Notes under the pieces: model-generated
Databases searched by the model: none
Seen by the model: the letters and a program-made list of their open reading frames with translations, nothing else
Told to the model about the DNA's origin: nothing
Part shown: one piece after another, positions 9,891 through 19,911 of the stretch
Layout: the number at the start of each line of letters is the position of its first letter
How positions within the stretch are numbered: position 1 is the first letter of the stretch
Translations under genes and position numbers: made by a program
Source: Candidatus Eiseniibacteriota bacterium
GTDB taxonomy: Bacteria > Eisenbacteria > RBG-16-71-46 > CAVPCR01
Assembly (NCBI GenBank): GCA_963823555.1
Contig: CAWGMA010000002.1
Coordinates: 576,001-640,000, forward strand
Length of the DNA: 64,000 nt
Direction: 5' to 3'

Positions 9891-11564
9891 ATGGACCTTC
9901 CTGCCCTCTGCATCGCCGTCTCGTGCTTCCTGCTGATCTCGGTCCCGGTCCCCGCGCCCGCCGACTACCCGCAGATCCGCATCCACTCGGACGCGACCAC
10001 CGAGGTCCAGAACGAGCAGCAGATCTGCGTCAACCCCACCAACCCGGCCAACGTGGTCGCCTGCTGGCGGGACTTCCGCTACGGCTACCGGCGTGTCGGT
10101 GTCGGCTACTCCTTCGATGGCGGCTTCACCTGGACCGACTTCCTGGTCCAGGGGCTCTTCCCGTGGGACAGCGACCCGGTGCTCACCGTGCATCACGACG
10201 GGACGTTCTACCTGAGCGTCATCAACTTCGAATCGGGTGGCCCCAACCAGCTCGTCGTCCATCGCTCGGCCTATGGCGGCGAGTACTGGGACGGTCCCTT
10301 CACCGCGGTCTATTCGAGCGGGGGTGTCTTCGAGGACAAGGAATGGATCGCCGTCGATCGCACGCATGGCGCTCGCGATGGCTACCTCTACATCGCCTGG
10401 TCGAGCATCGGCAACGGCACCATCAAGTGCGTCCGATCCCTCAACCGGGGTGGCAGCTGGTCGGCGGCGGTGAATGTCTCCGATGCCGGATCGCAGGGCC
10501 AGTGGCCGGTCCCGCTCGTCCTCGCCGATGGCGATCTCCTGGTGGCCTGGGACGACCTCGCCAAGAACCGCATCGTCTTCGATGTCTCCACCAACGGGGG
10601 CATCACCTGGAACATCGACCGCGTGCTCACAACCACGATCACCGCCGCCGGGGCCTACGTGAACGGCGGCATCCTCGTCTTTCCCTATCCGAGTCTGGCG
10701 CTGGACGAGACGAGCGGCCCCTGGGCGGGACGCGTCTACTGCGTCTACGCCGACCACGCGGTTCCCGGGAACGGCATGGATATCTGGCTCCGCTACTCGA
10801 GCGATTCCGGTCGTTCCTGGAGCGCTCGCATGCGGGTCAACGACGACACCCAGGGCCTCCTCCGCGATCAGTTCCATCCCTGGATCACCTGCGATGATCA
10901 CGGCATGCTGCATGCGATCTGGTACGACCGGCGGGATGATTCCGAGAACTTCCGCTGGCACATCTACTATTCGAAGTCGAGTGACGGCGGCATCACCTGG
11001 GAGCCGAACGAGCGCGTGACGAACGTGTCGTCGAGCCCGGCTGACGCCTTTGCCGGCACACCGCCGGCGATACCGGCCGGCCTCGCGGACGGCTGGCAGC
11101 CGGAGGACGGCGCGCTGGCGCTCGTGCCGGCGGGTCTCATCGGCGAGTACAGCGGGGTGGCCGTCGGCGCCGGGATCGCGCATCCGATCTGGACCGACAC
11201 CCGGAACGGCAACCAGGACACCTACGCCTCGGTGCTCCTTCCCGCCACGAGCGCCGGCGAGTTCCGGGTCCAACCGCCGGCCGGCCCCCAGCTCCGCCTG
11301 GCGCCGAATCCTGCGTTGTCATCGACAAACCTGCGCCTGATCGCCGACGTGCCGATCGCCGGGCGACTCGAGCTCGTGGGCAGCGACGGCCGTCTGGTGC
11401 GCGTGCTCGGCGCCGGGGTGTTCCCGGCGGGAGAGATCGTTCTCGACTGGAGCGGCCGCGATGAGAGCGGCCGCCCGCTCCCGGGAGGCGTCTACTTCCT
11501 CCGGGTCTCCGGCTCCAGTCGCGGGAACACGGTTCCCGCCGCCAAGCTCGTCCTCGTTCGCTAG
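9891..11564 (+). CDS. Secreted sialidase-like (BNR/Asp-box) beta-propeller protein with FlgD-Ig C-terminus
   Basis: Signal peptide; Asp-box repeats SFDGGFTW, SLNRGGSW, STNGGITW, SSDSGRSW, SSDGGITW; 'DKEWIAVD', 'IGEYSG', 'WTDTR'; C-terminal sorting-like module. Confidence 0.85.
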   Translation: MDLPALCIAVSCFLLISVPVPAPADYPQIRIHSDATTEVQNEQQICVNPTNPANVVACWRDFRYGYRRVGVGYSFDGGFTWTDFLVQGLFPWDSDPVLTVHHDGTFYLSVINFESGGPNQLVVHRSAYGGEYWDGPFTAVYSSGGVFEDKEWIAVDRTHGARDGYLYIAWSSIGNGTIKCVRSLNRGGSWSAAVNVSDAGSQGQWPVPLVLADGDLLVAWDDLAKNRIVFDVSTNGGITWNIDRVLTTTITAAGAYVNGGILVFPYPSLALDETSGPWAGRVYCVYADHAVPGNGMDIWLRYSSDSGRSWSARMRVNDDTQGLLRDQFHPWITCDDHGMLHAIWYDRRDDSENFRWHIYYSKSSDGGITWEPNERVTNVSSSPADAFAGTPPAIPAGLADGWQPEDGALALVPAGLIGEYSGVAVGAGIAHPIWTDTRNGNQDTYASVLLPATSAGEFRVQPPAGPQLRLAPNPALSSTNLRLIADVPIAGRLELVGSDGRLVRVLGAGVFPAGEIVLDWSGRDESGRPLPGGVYFLRVSGSSRGNTVPAAKLVLVR

Positions 11565-11591
11565 CTTGACTTCATCCGCACATGGCTCATC

Positions 11592-12050
11592 ATGATGCGG
11601 GTGAAGATCGCTCGTTTCCTCTGCGCCCGTCTCTGGGCCCTGCCCGCCACTCTCATCGGCCTCGCCGCCCTTCCGCTCGCCCTTCTCGGCGGGGGCCGGG
11701 TGTGGCTCGTTCACGGTGTGATCGAGGCGCATGGCGGTCTTCTGGCGCATCTTCTCCGTCATGGCGTGCCCATCGCCCGCGGTGCGGCTGCCATGACCCT
11801 CGGCCATGTCGTCCTCGGCCGGAACGACGAGTGCCTCACCGCCTGCCGCGAGCACGAGCGCGTGCACGTGCGCCAGTACGAGCGCTGGGGGCCGTTCTTC
11901 CTTCCTGCCTACTTTCTGGCGAGCGCCATCGCCGCTCTCGGCGGCGGACACTACTACCGTGACAACTGGTTCGAACGCGCCGCGTTTCGCGCAGCTCCCG
12001 CTTCCAGGCCGGAGACGAGTCGGCGCGCGGGACAAGAAGGAGTTTCGTGA
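11592..12050 (+). CDS. Small membrane protein with HExxH (HERVH) zincin-like motif
   Basis: 'AMTLGHVVLG...REHERVHVRQYERWGPFFLPAY...YYRDNWFERAA'. Confidence 0.75.
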   Translation: MMRVKIARFLCARLWALPATLIGLAALPLALLGGGRVWLVHGVIEAHGGLLAHLLRHGVPIARGAAAMTLGHVVLGRNDECLTACREHERVHVRQYERWGPFFLPAYFLASAIAALGGGHYYRDNWFERAAFRAAPASRPETSRRAGQEGVS

Positions 12051-12562
12051 TGACCCAACCTGCCGCCTGGCTCCGTGGTCCCGTCACGGGGATCGATCCC
12101 TGGCTCACGCCCGCGGCCCTCGGCTTCATCCAGGCCGGCGAGGATTGCGCGGCCGCGGTCGATGGCCTGACGGCGGCCGAGGTGTGGGCGCCGGTGCCGG
12201 GGGGAGCGGCGACGATCGGGTTCCATCTCCGGCATGTGGCCGGCACCACGGAGCGACTGCTCACCTACGCGCGTGGAGAAGCGCTCACTCCGGAGCAGAT
12301 CGCGAGTGCCCGGGCCGAGGCGGATCCGGGGGAGCATCCTCCGGACGCCGGGGAGCTCCGGCGTGAGGTCGACCGGGCGCTCGCGCGGGCGCTCGATCAG
12401 CTGCGCGCGACGCCGCGGGAAACGCTCCTCGATCCGCGCGCGGTGGGTCGCGCCGCGCTCCCGACGACCGTCCTCGGCGCCATCACCCATGCCGCCGAGC
12501 ACGCGCAGCGGCACGCCGGACAGGCGCTCACGACGGCCCGCATCCTGCGCGCGCTCCGGTAG
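12047..12562 (+). CDS. DinB family protein
   Basis: 'TIGFHLRHVAG...HAAEHAQRHAGQ' His triad; start overlaps the upstream stop. Confidence 0.85.
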   Translation: MMTQPAAWLRGPVTGIDPWLTPAALGFIQAGEDCAAAVDGLTAAEVWAPVPGGAATIGFHLRHVAGTTERLLTYARGEALTPEQIASARAEADPGEHPPDAGELRREVDRALARALDQLRATPRETLLDPRAVGRAALPTTVLGAITHAAEHAQRHAGQALTTARILRALR

Positions 12563-12576
12563 CGCGCCACGAACCG

Positions 12577-13119
12577 TCAGGCTGGCGCCGCTTCCAGACC
12601 CGGGCGGATGCCAAAGACCCCGAGGATGAGCGCGAACACGATCAACTGGATGACCCAGCCGATCGCGCAGACCAGGATCGCCCGGCCCGTGCCCCGGTAA
12701 TCGAGAGCCTGACGCACCGCGACCACGAACGTGATCAGGGTCCAGATCCCGGTGACCGTGAGCACGACCCAGCCGAGAATCGGGATCCCGCCCAGCACAC
12801 GCAGGATCCCCGGGGACTGCGCAAAGCCGATCGTGCGCAGGAGCTGCCCGGTATTGGAGCGGGTCTCGGGGCCCGGCAGCAGCTTGGTGCCGATCAGGTT
12901 GGTCACGATCGCCCAGACGATCCAGCTGGCGAGGGCGGCGATGACACCGCCGACAAACCCCATCGCTCCCTCTTCGCGGAACACGACGCCGGAGGCGAGG
13001 CTGGACAGCAGGACCACCATCATCGCCTGGCCGGTGGCCCTGGTATCATGCTCGACCTCCTCATAAGTCGCGACGTCGAGCTTGGCTGCTCCGATCATGC
13101 GCTGAACGAACGAAGCCAT
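12577..13119 (-). CDS. YIP1-family membrane protein
   Basis: 'RMIGAAKLD..TYEEVEHD..AT.QA', about 5 TM segments, 'LLRTIGFAQSPG', 'AVRQALDY..TGRA'. Confidence 0.8.
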   Translation of the reverse strand: MASFVQRMIGAAKLDVATYEEVEHDTRATGQAMMVVLLSSLASGVVFREEGAMGFVGGVIAALASWIVWAIVTNLIGTKLLPGPETRSNTGQLLRTIGFAQSPGILRVLGGIPILGWVVLTVTGIWTLITFVVAVRQALDYRGTGRAILVCAIGWVIQLIVFALILGVFGIRPGLEAAPA

Positions 13120-13320
13120 GTCCCTCCTCCTTTGCTTGGGCGACGGTAGCCCGCTTCGTCGCGGGCGCGGCGCTGATTGGACCAGGATTGACCGTGCTTG
13201 CGGGTCGTTGTATCACATTCCCGGTTTCCCCGGCAAAGCCGGATTGATAGGATCCTGCCGGCCGATCCATCGCGTGAGCGCCGCCTCGAATGAGGCGGCA
13301 CCTAGCTGACGGAGGACTCA

Positions 13321-13821
13321 ATGCCCCTGCGCACGTTGCTCCTGATCTTGATCGTCGGCCTGGTCGCGGTGTTCGCAGTGATCAACTGGACCGCGTTCAC
13401 CACGCCGACGGTGCTGTCGCTTCTCTTCGTCACGGTCGAGGCCCCGCTCGGGCTCGTCATGCTCGTCCTGACGGCGGTCGTCACCTTCATCTTCCTCGTC
13501 TTCGCGGTCTACCAGCAGGCCACCGCGCTCGCCGACTCCCGGCGCCACTCGCGTGAGCTGGCGCGACAGATGGAGCTGGCCGAGCAGGCCGAGGTCTCCC
13601 GCTTCACGGAGCTGCGCAACTACCTGGAGGTGGAGCTCGAGCGAATCGCCACCACCAGTGCGGAGGCGCGCGCGGGTCTCCAGTCGCGTCTGGATCGGCT
13701 CGATCAGGACCTGCACGCAGTGGTGAGCGAATCGGGGAACACGCTCACCGCCTACCTGGGGGAGATCGATGACCGCATCGAGCGGCACATCAAGGGACGC
13801 GGTCCCGATGAATCGGCGTGA
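13321..13821 (+). CDS. LapA (DUF1049)-like membrane protein with coiled-coil tail
   Basis: GGAGG RBS; two N-terminal TM helices with 'FAVINW...LSLLF..VEAPLGLVML', followed by a heptad-rich region. Confidence 0.75.
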   Translation: MPLRTLLLILIVGLVAVFAVINWTAFTTPTVLSLLFVTVEAPLGLVMLVLTAVVTFIFLVFAVYQQATALADSRRHSRELARQMELAEQAEVSRFTELRNYLEVELERIATTSAEARAGLQSRLDRLDQDLHAVVSESGNTLTAYLGEIDDRIERHIKGRGPDESA

Positions 13822-14212
13822 TGGCGCCCACCCTCGTGGAGTGACGGCCATGCTGGCCGGGCTCTCGCTCCTGGCCTGCGCCGGGAACGCCGATCGGGCC
13901 ACGGAGACGGCGATCAAGAAGATCCATCTCGATCTTGCCGCCATCAACGCCGATGGCCTCGCCGGGCCGCCGGACGGCCTCCACGCCGTGAGCTACGAGT
14001 TCTGCGTTCCGGCGACCGAGGCTGCCGTCGCCGAGGTCCGGGCGATCGATCCCACGGTCGAGGTCATGCGCGGAGCCCGCGGGCGCATCGGCTGTCGCGA
14101 TGACCAGCTCCTGTGCCTGGGGCACACCCATCAGCCGGATTTCCGCGGTGTGCTGGTGCGGCTCGCGAGCCTCGATTATGTGGCCGCGATCGAGCCCTTC
14201 TACGGCGAGTGA
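13808..14212 (+). CDS. Hypothetical lipoprotein
   Basis: Lipobox LLAC; 'GLAGPPDGLHAVSYEFCVP...GRIGC....LCLGHTHQP'. Confidence 0.7.
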   Translation: MNRRDGAHPRGVTAMLAGLSLLACAGNADRATETAIKKIHLDLAAINADGLAGPPDGLHAVSYEFCVPATEAAVAEVRAIDPTVEVMRGARGRIGCRDDQLLCLGHTHQPDFRGVLVRLASLDYVAAIEPFYGE

Positions 14213-14222
14213 GCGGGGCCTC

Positions 14223-14985
14223 CTAGCGGCCCACCGGTTCCACCACGATCTCGATCTGGCTCGGGCTCTCGCGCGTGATGACGTGGTGGGCGGTGGTATT
14301 GATGAAGCGCAGCTGACCGCCGGCCGTGATGCGGGCGGATACCGCATAGGTGTCACGCGAGTCGATCGCGTCCGTGGAGTAGGCGAGGGTGAAGGGGAAG
14401 GGCACCTGGCGTCCGGCGGCGGGGATCACCTCCGCGGCGAGGGTGACCGCCGGAGCATCCATGCGCGAGACATCCTGGAGCTTCACCTGGATCACGGCGT
14501 CCGGCGGCAGCGCGATCCGCTGGCGATAGAGGACCGATCCGGTGACGAGGGCGCTGGCGCCGTTGTCGCGCTCGTAGGTGCCGGCCAGATAGCCCGGACC
14601 GGCGAGCGTGAGCGTGGATGGCGTGCACTCGGCCACGTGGAGGCGGGTCGCCTCGGGTTCGGGATAGCGTTCGCTGTTGGTGGTGACGACGAGGCTGTCG
14701 CCCGCGAGCGACCATGACACCCCGTTCATCCGCAGGTCGCCGACCAGACGGAAGACGCCGCCCTCGATGAAGAGGAGTCCGGATTTCGGCGCATCGGCCT
14801 CCGCAGCTCCGGAAGGCCGCATCCAGGTTCCTGGAATCATCTCCCCATGGACCTCAGGCCTGTCTGTCGGTCCGTGCGCCCGGCGTTTCAGCGTCCTGAT
14901 GCCCGTTCTGGCCGCAACCGGCGGCGATGACGACGAGGATGGCGGCACCCACCGCGGCGACAGTCTGCACGAAGCGATCGTTCAT
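14223..14985 (-). CDS. YbaY family lipoprotein with N-terminal lipocalin-like region (frameshift ~14860)
   Basis: Lipoprotein signal MNDRFVQ...IAAGC in one frame; YbaY motif 'VTGSVLYRQRIALPPDAVIQVKLQDVSRMDAPA...QVPFPFTLAY' in the adjacent frame. Confidence 0.8.
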
Positions 14986-15151
14986 GGGTTCTCCCAACCA
15001 GAGGACGGCCACCTGGCCCGGCAGTCTAGGTGCTCGAACCGGCCGTCGCAACCGCGCCCCGCTTGGCAGGGAAGGTCCCTGCCGCTAGACTGTCGGCGGC
15101 CGGCGGCCAGCCATGAATCGCCGGTCCGGTCCCCCGCGCGGAGGTGGAAAG

Positions 15152-15661
15152 ATGAAGCGTGGCTCGCTCGCTCTGGTTTCGATCGCCTTCCTGGTGTTCG
15201 CCTGCCTGTCCGCCGGCTGCCGCTCGGGAGGGATGCCGGCGTCCTCCACGGCCACGACGGCCGAGACCGCCAGCACGGAAGCGGTCACGACGACTTCCGC
15301 CGCGGGATCCGCCTCGGCCACGACGTCGACATCCACGTCGGCCTCGGCGTCGGCCAAGGTGGAGGCGGTCACTCCGGCCGCGACGGGCTACGATCTCTAC
15401 AGCTGGGAGGCCGGCGGCGCCTGGAACTTCTCCCTCCTGCCCGGGGCCAACCGCCTGCGTTCCTTCGACGAGATCAAGAACGCCGAGATCACGGCGCAAG
15501 GAATTGCGGAGATCAAGAGTAAGCTGCGAAAGCTGCCGAGCGGGGAGAAGGTGACCTGGACGGCCAAGGTGGTGAACACCTCCATGCCGTCCTACGAGGT
15601 CGTTGACGACCTGAGCCGCTACTGCGCGCAGATGGGGCTCAGCCTGACCGTGGGCTACTAG
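15152..15661 (+). CDS. Hypothetical lipoprotein with Ser/Thr/Ala-rich linker
   Basis: GGAGG RBS; lipobox SAGC; 'GYDLYSW....WNFSLLPGANR'. Confidence 0.75.
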   Translation: MKRGSLALVSIAFLVFACLSAGCRSGGMPASSTATTAETASTEAVTTTSAAGSASATTSTSTSASASAKVEAVTPAATGYDLYSWEAGGAWNFSLLPGANRLRSFDEIKNAEITAQGIAEIKSKLRKLPSGEKVTWTAKVVNTSMPSYEVVDDLSRYCAQMGLSLTVGY

Positions 15662-15692
15662 TTCTGCGCCGGCGCCGCGGGCTCCAGCACCA

Positions 15693-17159
15693 TCACCGCA
15701 CGAGGGTCACGCGCGTGATGAGCCGTTCCATCCCCGCCGGCGCGACGAGCCAGTAAGCCCCGGCGGGACACGGGCGTCCGCGATCGTCCTGTCCGTTCCA
15801 GATGGCGAGCGCCCGCGCGCCGGCCGGCGTGAGCGCGACTTCGGCCACTCGCCGGCCGTTGACGTCGAACACGCCGACTGCCTCCGGACGATCGAGCCCG
15901 CCGACCTCGATCCGCGTCAAGCCGCTCGCCGGGTTGGGGTATGCCGAGATCCAGCGCGCCGCCCCTGGCGCCTCCCCGGCGTCGCCCACGCCGAGGTCCC
16001 CGTAGTCGAAGCCGACAAAGACCTCCTCGCTGCCCGGATCCCCCTCCACCCACGCGAACACGGGAAAGCCGCGAACCGAGAGGGCATTGTCGATGCCGGC
16101 ATGCATCTCGAAGAACCAGGAATCGTCGAGCCATACGCCGTTGGTGCGGCTGAAATAGAACATCGCCTCCCCGGTCGGCTGCAGCATGAAGTCGTAAGCC
16201 GACTGGTACCAGAAGGCATGCGCCCGGCCGAGACCGTCGATCCGGAGCGCCGGGTAGCGCGGCCAGGTGTACTCGTCCATGGGGACCGAGATGTCCTCGG
16301 GATCGGTCCAGCCGGTCGCCGTCTCCTCGACATAGAGCATGATGTTGCACGGGCAGGTGGGCTGCGGGCCGTTGGTGAGGATGTGATGGCGCCCGTCAGG
16401 GCCGGCGGCGACCTCCATCGTGGGGCCGAAGGAACCCGGCACCGTGAAGGGGCCGAGCCACTGCCCGGCGCTCCGCTCCAGGAACAGGATCTCCGTGTCG
16501 TTCTCGAACCAGTAGACGCGGGGTTCCTCGCTCCCATCGATCCCGACCGGTTCCACCTGGACGCCGGCGAAGTCGGCCGATCCGAAGATCCGTTCCCTCA
16601 GGCGCACGGGCGTCCGCCACGCGCCGCCCACGCGCTCACTGAACCAGATGTCGCTCTCGAGCGAGCGGCGTTCCTCGACCCAGGCGAGATAGATCGGCTC
16701 ATCCGCCGTTTCGAGGCGAATGCCGAACTCGGGGCTGGCCGTCGGGAATCCCATCCCGCTCGAGAGGATGACCGGCGCCGACCACTCCTCTCCCAGCCAC
16801 TCGTGAACGACGATCGCATCCTCGCGGGCGAAGGCGATGAACACCCGCCCCACTGCTGAGCACATGGCCGGATCCCGCCCCGGCCCGAGCGAGATCGGCG
16901 GGAAGATCATGTCGGCCGCGAAGCGACGCGTCACGATCTCCGCGCCCGACTCCTCCCAGGCGACGAGGTGTCCGTAGTAAGAGTCGGCGGTCACCGGCTC
17001 CCGCGAAGAGCCCGGGGTCCCGGAGATGTTCCAGATCTGGAAGCCGAACTGGCCCTCGGCCACTTCCACGAGGATGAGCATCGCGGCGGCGAGCAGCGCG
17101 GCGACGAGGAGGAAGCCGGGATGGCGGGACCGATCGAAGCGGTGCGACGAAGTCAACAT
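15693..17159 (-). CDS. Secreted hypothetical beta-rich protein with FlgD-Ig C-terminus
   Basis: Signal peptide; Trp-rich propeller-like repeats; 'AYPNPA...VFDVNGRRV...WNGQDDRGRPCPAGAYW'. Confidence 0.75.
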   Translation of the reverse strand: MLTSSHRFDRSRHPGFLLVAALLAAAMLILVEVAEGQFGFQIWNISGTPGSSREPVTADSYYGHLVAWEESGAEIVTRRFAADMIFPPISLGPGRDPAMCSAVGRVFIAFAREDAIVVHEWLGEEWSAPVILSSGMGFPTASPEFGIRLETADEPIYLAWVEERRSLESDIWFSERVGGAWRTPVRLRERIFGSADFAGVQVEPVGIDGSEEPRVYWFENDTEILFLERSAGQWLGPFTVPGSFGPTMEVAAGPDGRHHILTNGPQPTCPCNIMLYVEETATGWTDPEDISVPMDEYTWPRYPALRIDGLGRAHAFWYQSAYDFMLQPTGEAMFYFSRTNGVWLDDSWFFEMHAGIDNALSVRGFPVFAWVEGDPGSEEVFVGFDYGDLGVGDAGEAPGAARWISAYPNPASGLTRIEVGGLDRPEAVGVFDVNGRRVAEVALTPAGARALAIWNGQDDRGRPCPAGAYWLVAPAGMERLITRVTLVR

Positions 17160-17271
17160 GACTCGCGCCCTCCTTGTGCACCATCAAGCCTAGCGCCAGC
17201 CGTCGCTCCCGGCAAGAGACGTCTCCGGGCGTGCGGCGTGGTGCTGGACTCGGTCAAAGGTTCGAGTCGAC

Positions 17272-19842
17272 CTAACGGACGAGAACGATCCGCGCCGCCG
17301 CGCGTGCGCCGCCCTCCGCCTCGAGGCGAAGGAAGTACACGCCGCGCGGCGCCAGAGCGCCGCTCGTGGCGCGCCCGTCCCAGACGAGGGCATGCTCGCC
17401 CGCGGGCAGAGCCCGGTCCGCGAGCACGCGCACGACCCGACCTGCCACATCGTGGATCGCCAGCCGCGTTCGCGCCGCTCCCGGTGTCGTGAAGCGGATC
17501 GTCCCGCCCGGATGGAACGGATTGGCGAAGGTGGGCGCGATGCGCACGGTCGAGGCTCCCGCATCCGCGGCGATGCCTGACGAGGCCCTCAGCCCCTGGA
17601 TCACGAAGTCATCGAACGTGAATCCATCCCGCTGCAGCGAGCCATCGCTGCGGAGAAGGAAGCGGAAACGCACATCGCTCCGATCGAGCCACGGCCCGAG
17701 ATCGACCTGGCTCTCGACCCAGGCGGTTTGCGTTCCCTCGTAGACCGGGACCCCGACCGGCACCTGCGTGCCCTGGCCGCTTCCCGGGACCGTGAGGCTG
17801 GTGGCCACCGCCTGCCAGCTCGTGCCGCCGTCCACCGAGAGCTCGAGCTTCACGCAATCCCAGTCGGGCTCGATGTCCCACCGCGACCAGAACGTGAGGC
17901 TCCCGCTCGCGATCCGGGTGAGATCGACGGGCGCCGACATGGCGCAGGGGTTGGTGGCGTTCGCCGGGTAGTTCGTCCCCGGGCTGTCGGTCATCGCGGT
18001 CGTCGGGCTGTGGTAGGTGGCCGTCGTCAGCGCCCAGCCCCCGGTCCACAGGGCTCCTCCCGCCTCGAAGTCGTCGGCGAAGAGGATCGTCTCCTCGGCC
18101 TCGGGCAGGACGAAGTCGAAGGTCTCCCCGGGTTCGTCCACGGTCACGATCAGAGTCGCCGGCACATGGCCCGGGCTCGAGACGTCGAAGCGGTAGTCGC
18201 CATAGGCGAGGTCGACGCTGTACGCCCCACCGTTCGCCGCATTCGAGTGCACGGTCGCGACCGGGGTCCCCACCGGGTGGGTGCGGATCTCGAGCGTCGC
18301 GTCGAGCCCGGCTCCCATCGTATCCCGGACATGTCCGGCGACCTGGCTCACCTGCTCCGGATCGAGGGCGACATCGAGCACGGTCGGCGTGCCCCAGGTG
18401 GTCGTGACTCCGGTCATGGTGCGGGTCGTGTACCCCGGCGCCGAGAACACGAGGTCGTAGGTGCCGGTCTCGAGGAGCTTGTAGTAGTCGCCGAAGTCGG
18501 GGTCGGTGAAGACGGGTTTCGAGTTCCCGACCACGCTCACCGTGGCGGCGAGCGGCAGGCCCGAGTCGGAGGCGGTCACGATCCCGTTCACCCCGTAGCG
18601 CGCCGCCTTGATGAAATGCATGAAGCTCTCGCGGTTCTCGTTCCAGAGCTGGTCGAGAGTGCTCGCGGGCGGCATGAAGGCGTTCGAGCACTCGATCGTG
18701 TTGTCGATCCCTCCGGTCTCGTGATACGACCAATCTTGAAGACTGCCATTCACCTCGTACCAGGCGTAGCCGTTGGTGATGCCCTGCGGGAAGCTGCCGT
18801 TGTACATCGGGAGGTTGTAGGTCGAGTACTCGAGACAGAGGAGCACGATGGCATCGTTGTCGGGGGCGAGCACCGAGGTGTGATCCCACACATAGTTGAC
18901 GACCAGCGCTCCCGCGTGCCCGTTCTCGCTGATCACGAAGTTGTGCGTGTAGCCGTGGTTCTTGATGACGATGGTCTCGGGCTCCTCGGCGTACGTGCCG
19001 TCATCCCCGATCGAGCCATCCGGCACCGGGAAGTTCCGGTTGAGGTCCATGTTGTGGGCGTTGCGGCGCGTCCCGGCGACGAGACCATCGGGATTGAGGC
19101 AGGGCACGATGTGGATCTCGTAGTGGTCGACGAGGTTGGTGACCTCGGGGACGACCCCGTAGTTGGTGGTCAGGTAGTCGACGAGATAGAGGAGCATCTC
19201 GAGCCCGGGCGGCTCGTTGCCATGGATCGTGCTCACGAGCCGGACCTCGGGCTCCGCTTCCTCGTTCGCCGCGTTGTCGCTGATCACGATCGACCACAGC
19301 TCACGGCCCAGGACCGATTGCCCCATCGACCCCGCCCGGGCGATCGCGGGATGGTCGAGCTCGGTCTGGGCGAGGATCTCGCCGATCTGCGCGTAGGTGT
19401 GATAGACGCCCATCTTGCCCAGGCGGAGCTCGTCACCGCCGAGTTCAGCCTGCGCCGCCCATGCCGCCTCGATGGCCCGCCTCGCCTCGGCTTCGCGATC
19501 CGGCAGGCGTTCATGGACGACCCCGGCCTGCTCGAGCCGGTCGGCTTCCTCCGCCGTGACCCGGGTCTCGATGACGAGATGGCTCTCCTTCACGCCGTCG
19601 ACGACGATCTGCACGTTCTCGCGGTCGAACTCGGCGAGCGGCACCCGCTCGAGGAGATCGGCCAGGGCGGCGGCGTCCGCCGCCTCGAACCGGACGGGGA
19701 AGTCCTCGTAGATCCGTGCCTCCCATAGCGGAAGACCGTGGTCGTCGACCGGGATCGGCGCGGCGGCGGCGATCCCCGTGGCGAGCAGGAGTCCGATTCC
19801 GGCGATGACGGCAGGCGAGGGCGCATGGGCGAGGCGGATCAT
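17272..19842 (-). CDS. Secreted M14 zinc carboxypeptidase with accessory beta domains and FlgD-Ig C-terminus
   Basis: 'IHGNEPPG', 'NPDG....RRNAHNMDLNRNFP', 'GITNGYAWYEVNGSLQDWSY', 'TIECS'; immune-inhibitor-A-like accessory domain; C-terminal module. Confidence 0.92.
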   Translation of the reverse strand: MIRLAHAPSPAVIAGIGLLLATGIAAAAPIPVDDHGLPLWEARIYEDFPVRFEAADAAALADLLERVPLAEFDRENVQIVVDGVKESHLVIETRVTAEEADRLEQAGVVHERLPDREAEARRAIEAAWAAQAELGGDELRLGKMGVYHTYAQIGEILAQTELDHPAIARAGSMGQSVLGRELWSIVISDNAANEEAEPEVRLVSTIHGNEPPGLEMLLYLVDYLTTNYGVVPEVTNLVDHYEIHIVPCLNPDGLVAGTRRNAHNMDLNRNFPVPDGSIGDDGTYAEEPETIVIKNHGYTHNFVISENGHAGALVVNYVWDHTSVLAPDNDAIVLLCLEYSTYNLPMYNGSFPQGITNGYAWYEVNGSLQDWSYHETGGIDNTIECSNAFMPPASTLDQLWNENRESFMHFIKAARYGVNGIVTASDSGLPLAATVSVVGNSKPVFTDPDFGDYYKLLETGTYDLVFSAPGYTTRTMTGVTTTWGTPTVLDVALDPEQVSQVAGHVRDTMGAGLDATLEIRTHPVGTPVATVHSNAANGGAYSVDLAYGDYRFDVSSPGHVPATLIVTVDEPGETFDFVLPEAEETILFADDFEAGGALWTGGWALTTATYHSPTTAMTDSPGTNYPANATNPCAMSAPVDLTRIASGSLTFWSRWDIEPDWDCVKLELSVDGGTSWQAVATSLTVPGSGQGTQVPVGVPVYEGTQTAWVESQVDLGPWLDRSDVRFRFLLRSDGSLQRDGFTFDDFVIQGLRASSGIAADAGASTVRIAPTFANPFHPGGTIRFTTPGAARTRLAIHDVAGRVVRVLADRALPAGEHALVWDGRATSGALAPRGVYFLRLEAEGGARAAARIVLVR

Positions 19843-19860
19843 GGTGGTTCCTTTGGTTCG

Positions 19861-19884
19861 CGGCCCCGCCCGGAGGCGGGGCCG
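19861..19884. terminator. Intergenic hairpin
   Basis: CGGCCCCGCC-CGGA-GGCGGGGCCG: perfect 10-bp stem between the C25 and M14 genes. Confidence 0.45.
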
Positions 19885-19911
19885 CTCGTGGGTTCCTGCG
19901 TCTCAGGATGA